Positions 28,062 through 32,000 of a DNA stretch of 32,000 nt are shown piece by piece. The stretch spans positions 750,001 through 782,000 of the forward strand of contig OY776328.1 in the NCBI GenBank assembly GCA_963675515.1, given 5' to 3'. Numbering within the stretch: position 1 is the first letter of the stretch; each line of letters starts with the position of its first letter. The notes under the pieces were generated by a model. The model did not search any database, was not told the DNA's origin, and was given only the letters and a program-made list of their open reading frames with translations. This DNA comes from Coprobacillaceae bacterium. GTDB lineage: Bacteria; Bacillota_I; Bacilli_A; Erysipelotrichales; Coprobacillaceae. Made by a program: the position numbers and the translations under genes.

Positions 28062-28270
28062 TCTCCTCCTTAGACAAACTCATAGTAGCATATATCAGTA
28101 ATCATTACTAATTATATGCATTTAAATTATATACATTTAAAATTTAGCTGGCATGAAAACAGCTTGAACTCAGCGATTATCCAGTCCGCCGGGACAAGTG
28201 GCCTAATAGACGAGATTGTCTTACTGGAATCGGTGCCGGAGCATTTTTGAAAGAAATATCAAATTTGCCG

Positions 28271-28299
28271 TTGACTTGTGAAAGATAATGTTGTAAGAT
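28271..28299 (+). promoter_or_regulatory. rRNA promoter (16S-5S unit) with A/T-rich UP-like region
   Basis: TTGACT (28271-28276), 17 nt, TAAGAT (28294-28299). ATTTTTGAAAGAAATATCAAATTT lies upstream. Confidence 0.6.
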
Positions 28300-28301
28300 A
28301 A

Positions 28302-28340
28302 TCAAGTCGACTCAAGACGAGTCACAGTTCATTGAAAACT
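28302..28340 (+). promoter_or_regulatory. rRNA leader: boxB-like hairpin plus boxA-like antitermination element
   Basis: TCAAGTCGACTCAAGACGAGTCAC contains the hairpin GACTC/GAGTC and is followed by TCATTGAAAACT. The TTGAAAACTAAACA stretch resembles Firmicute rrn leaders. The element is repeated at 30437-30476. Confidence 0.55.
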
Positions 28341-28422
28341 AAACAGAATTAAAAACACAACGTCAATTATTCAATAAGAATAAAGATTTAAAAAGAGCTA
28401 AACAAACATTATTGTTTACATA

Positions 28423-29952
<1,530 letters not shown>

Positions 29953-30039
29953 AGGAGAACCGTTCAACTTGTCGGTTGGACAAAAGCAAAAGTTGTGAAG
30001 AAATTCTGTTTAGTTTTGAGTGAACTGTAAACTCAACGA

Positions 30040-30145
30040 TCTGGTAACGATGGCATGATGGACACACCTGTTCCCATCCCGAACACAGAAGTTAAGCATC
30101 ATAACGGCGACGATAGTGCAATGTGCGACAATAGCAAGCTGCCAG
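30040..30145 (+). rRNA. rrf: 5S ribosomal RNA, located between the 16S and the 23S
   Basis: CCTGTTCCCATCCCGAACACAGAAGTTAAGC is the universal loop B to helix III and loop C region. The terminal helix is CTGGTAAC/GCTGCCAG. It is about 106 nt, on the short side, as in Mollicutes-related lineages. Confidence 0.85.
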
Positions 30146-30153
30146 TTTGAAAT

Positions 30154-30176
30154 CAAGGACGTAAGTCCTTTTTTTT
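30154..30176 (+). terminator. intrinsic terminator directly after the 5S
   Basis: AAGGAC-GTAA-GTCCTT followed by a run of T (to 30176). Confidence 0.7.
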
Positions 30177-30405
30177 TGTTTTCCAGAACCACACAAAGGA
30201 AAAGAACCGGCTCACGCCGGTTCAAGAAAGAGAGTTATTAGTTTGTTTTCATTTAAATAAGAGAGTTATTATATTTAGGAGAGAGATGTAAGGTTGGTGT
30301 CCTTACACTTATAATATAATCCTCCAAGATGAACTAATTATTAACCGGGTGTGTCAAATTACGGAATAGGCACAAATTTTTGGGTCGATATTTTTGAAAA
30401 AACAG

Positions 30406-30434
30406 TTGACTAGGAATTGATGTTGTTGTATTAT
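30406..30434 (+). promoter_or_regulatory. second rRNA promoter (23S unit)
   Basis: TTGACT (30406-30411), 17 nt, TATTAT (30429-30434). ATATTTTTGAAAAAA lies upstream. Confidence 0.6.
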
Positions 30435-30436
30435 AT

Positions 30437-30476
30437 TCAAGTCGACTCAAGACGAGTCACGAGATCATTGAAAACT
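30437..30476 (+). promoter_or_regulatory. duplicated rRNA leader (boxB-like hairpin + boxA-like element)
   Basis: 24 of 24 nt are identical to 28302-28325. It is followed by the same 12-nt TCATTGAAAACT. Confidence 0.55.
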
Positions 30477-30632
30477 GGATAATAATCGAAAGATAGAAAA
30501 GAGATCGAGGAAATGAAAATTTCCAAAATTATAACCAGATAGATTTAAAACAATTTATGTGGTCTTTCTAGAAAAAGTCGAAAAAAAACTAAGAAAAAAC
30601 TAAAACTAAAAAAGTTTAATCAAACACCAATA

Positions 30633-32000
<1,368 letters not shown>

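Overview
This is a chromosomal housekeeping and metabolic region of a low-GC Gram-positive bacterium. By eye the 16S looks Erysipelotrichia/Mollicutes-like (TAATACATAAGTAACCTGCCC, GGGAATTTTCGGCAATGGGGG, ATAGGATTAGATACCCTAGTAGTCC); this was not checked against a database. Left to right the window holds: the 3' end of tyrA; pepV (-); a NUDIX hydrolase and tex; a 155-aa orphan (-); and two tandem tRNA-Leu(CAA) genes. Next come an RpiR / PTS-EIIC / 6-phospho-beta-glucosidase / RDD unit, then a second RpiR with a signal-less SASA-type O-acetylesterase. These are followed by a PRK-like kinase and a ROK-like kinase, a UMF1-type MFS transporter and an AI-2E transporter. A Phe-specific T-box leader then drives aroF-aroB-aroA-aroC-pheA-aroK. 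After that come punA (-), a YdjC/ChbG-type deacetylase, and a MocR-type regulator (-) divergent from an ECF S-component plus UPF0340 pair. The window ends with mntP, a stand-alone mini glycyl-radical protein (-) and an rRNA locus. I saw no CRISPR array, transposase, integrase, phage genes or recognisable defence system, so I cannot claim a clear new multi-gene system. The most unusual thing visible is the rRNA locus. The 5S gene sits directly after the 16S. A terminator follows, and the 23S has its own duplicated promoter and leader, giving the order 16S-5S | 23S instead of 16S-23S-5S. Secondary points are a perfect 140-bp promoter+tRNA-Leu duplication with compensatorily diverged terminators, a MocR regulator apparently lacking the PLP lysine, a ROK-like kinase lacking the zinc motif, and the mini-GrcA. 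All protein calls rest on motif recognition by eye, not on searches.
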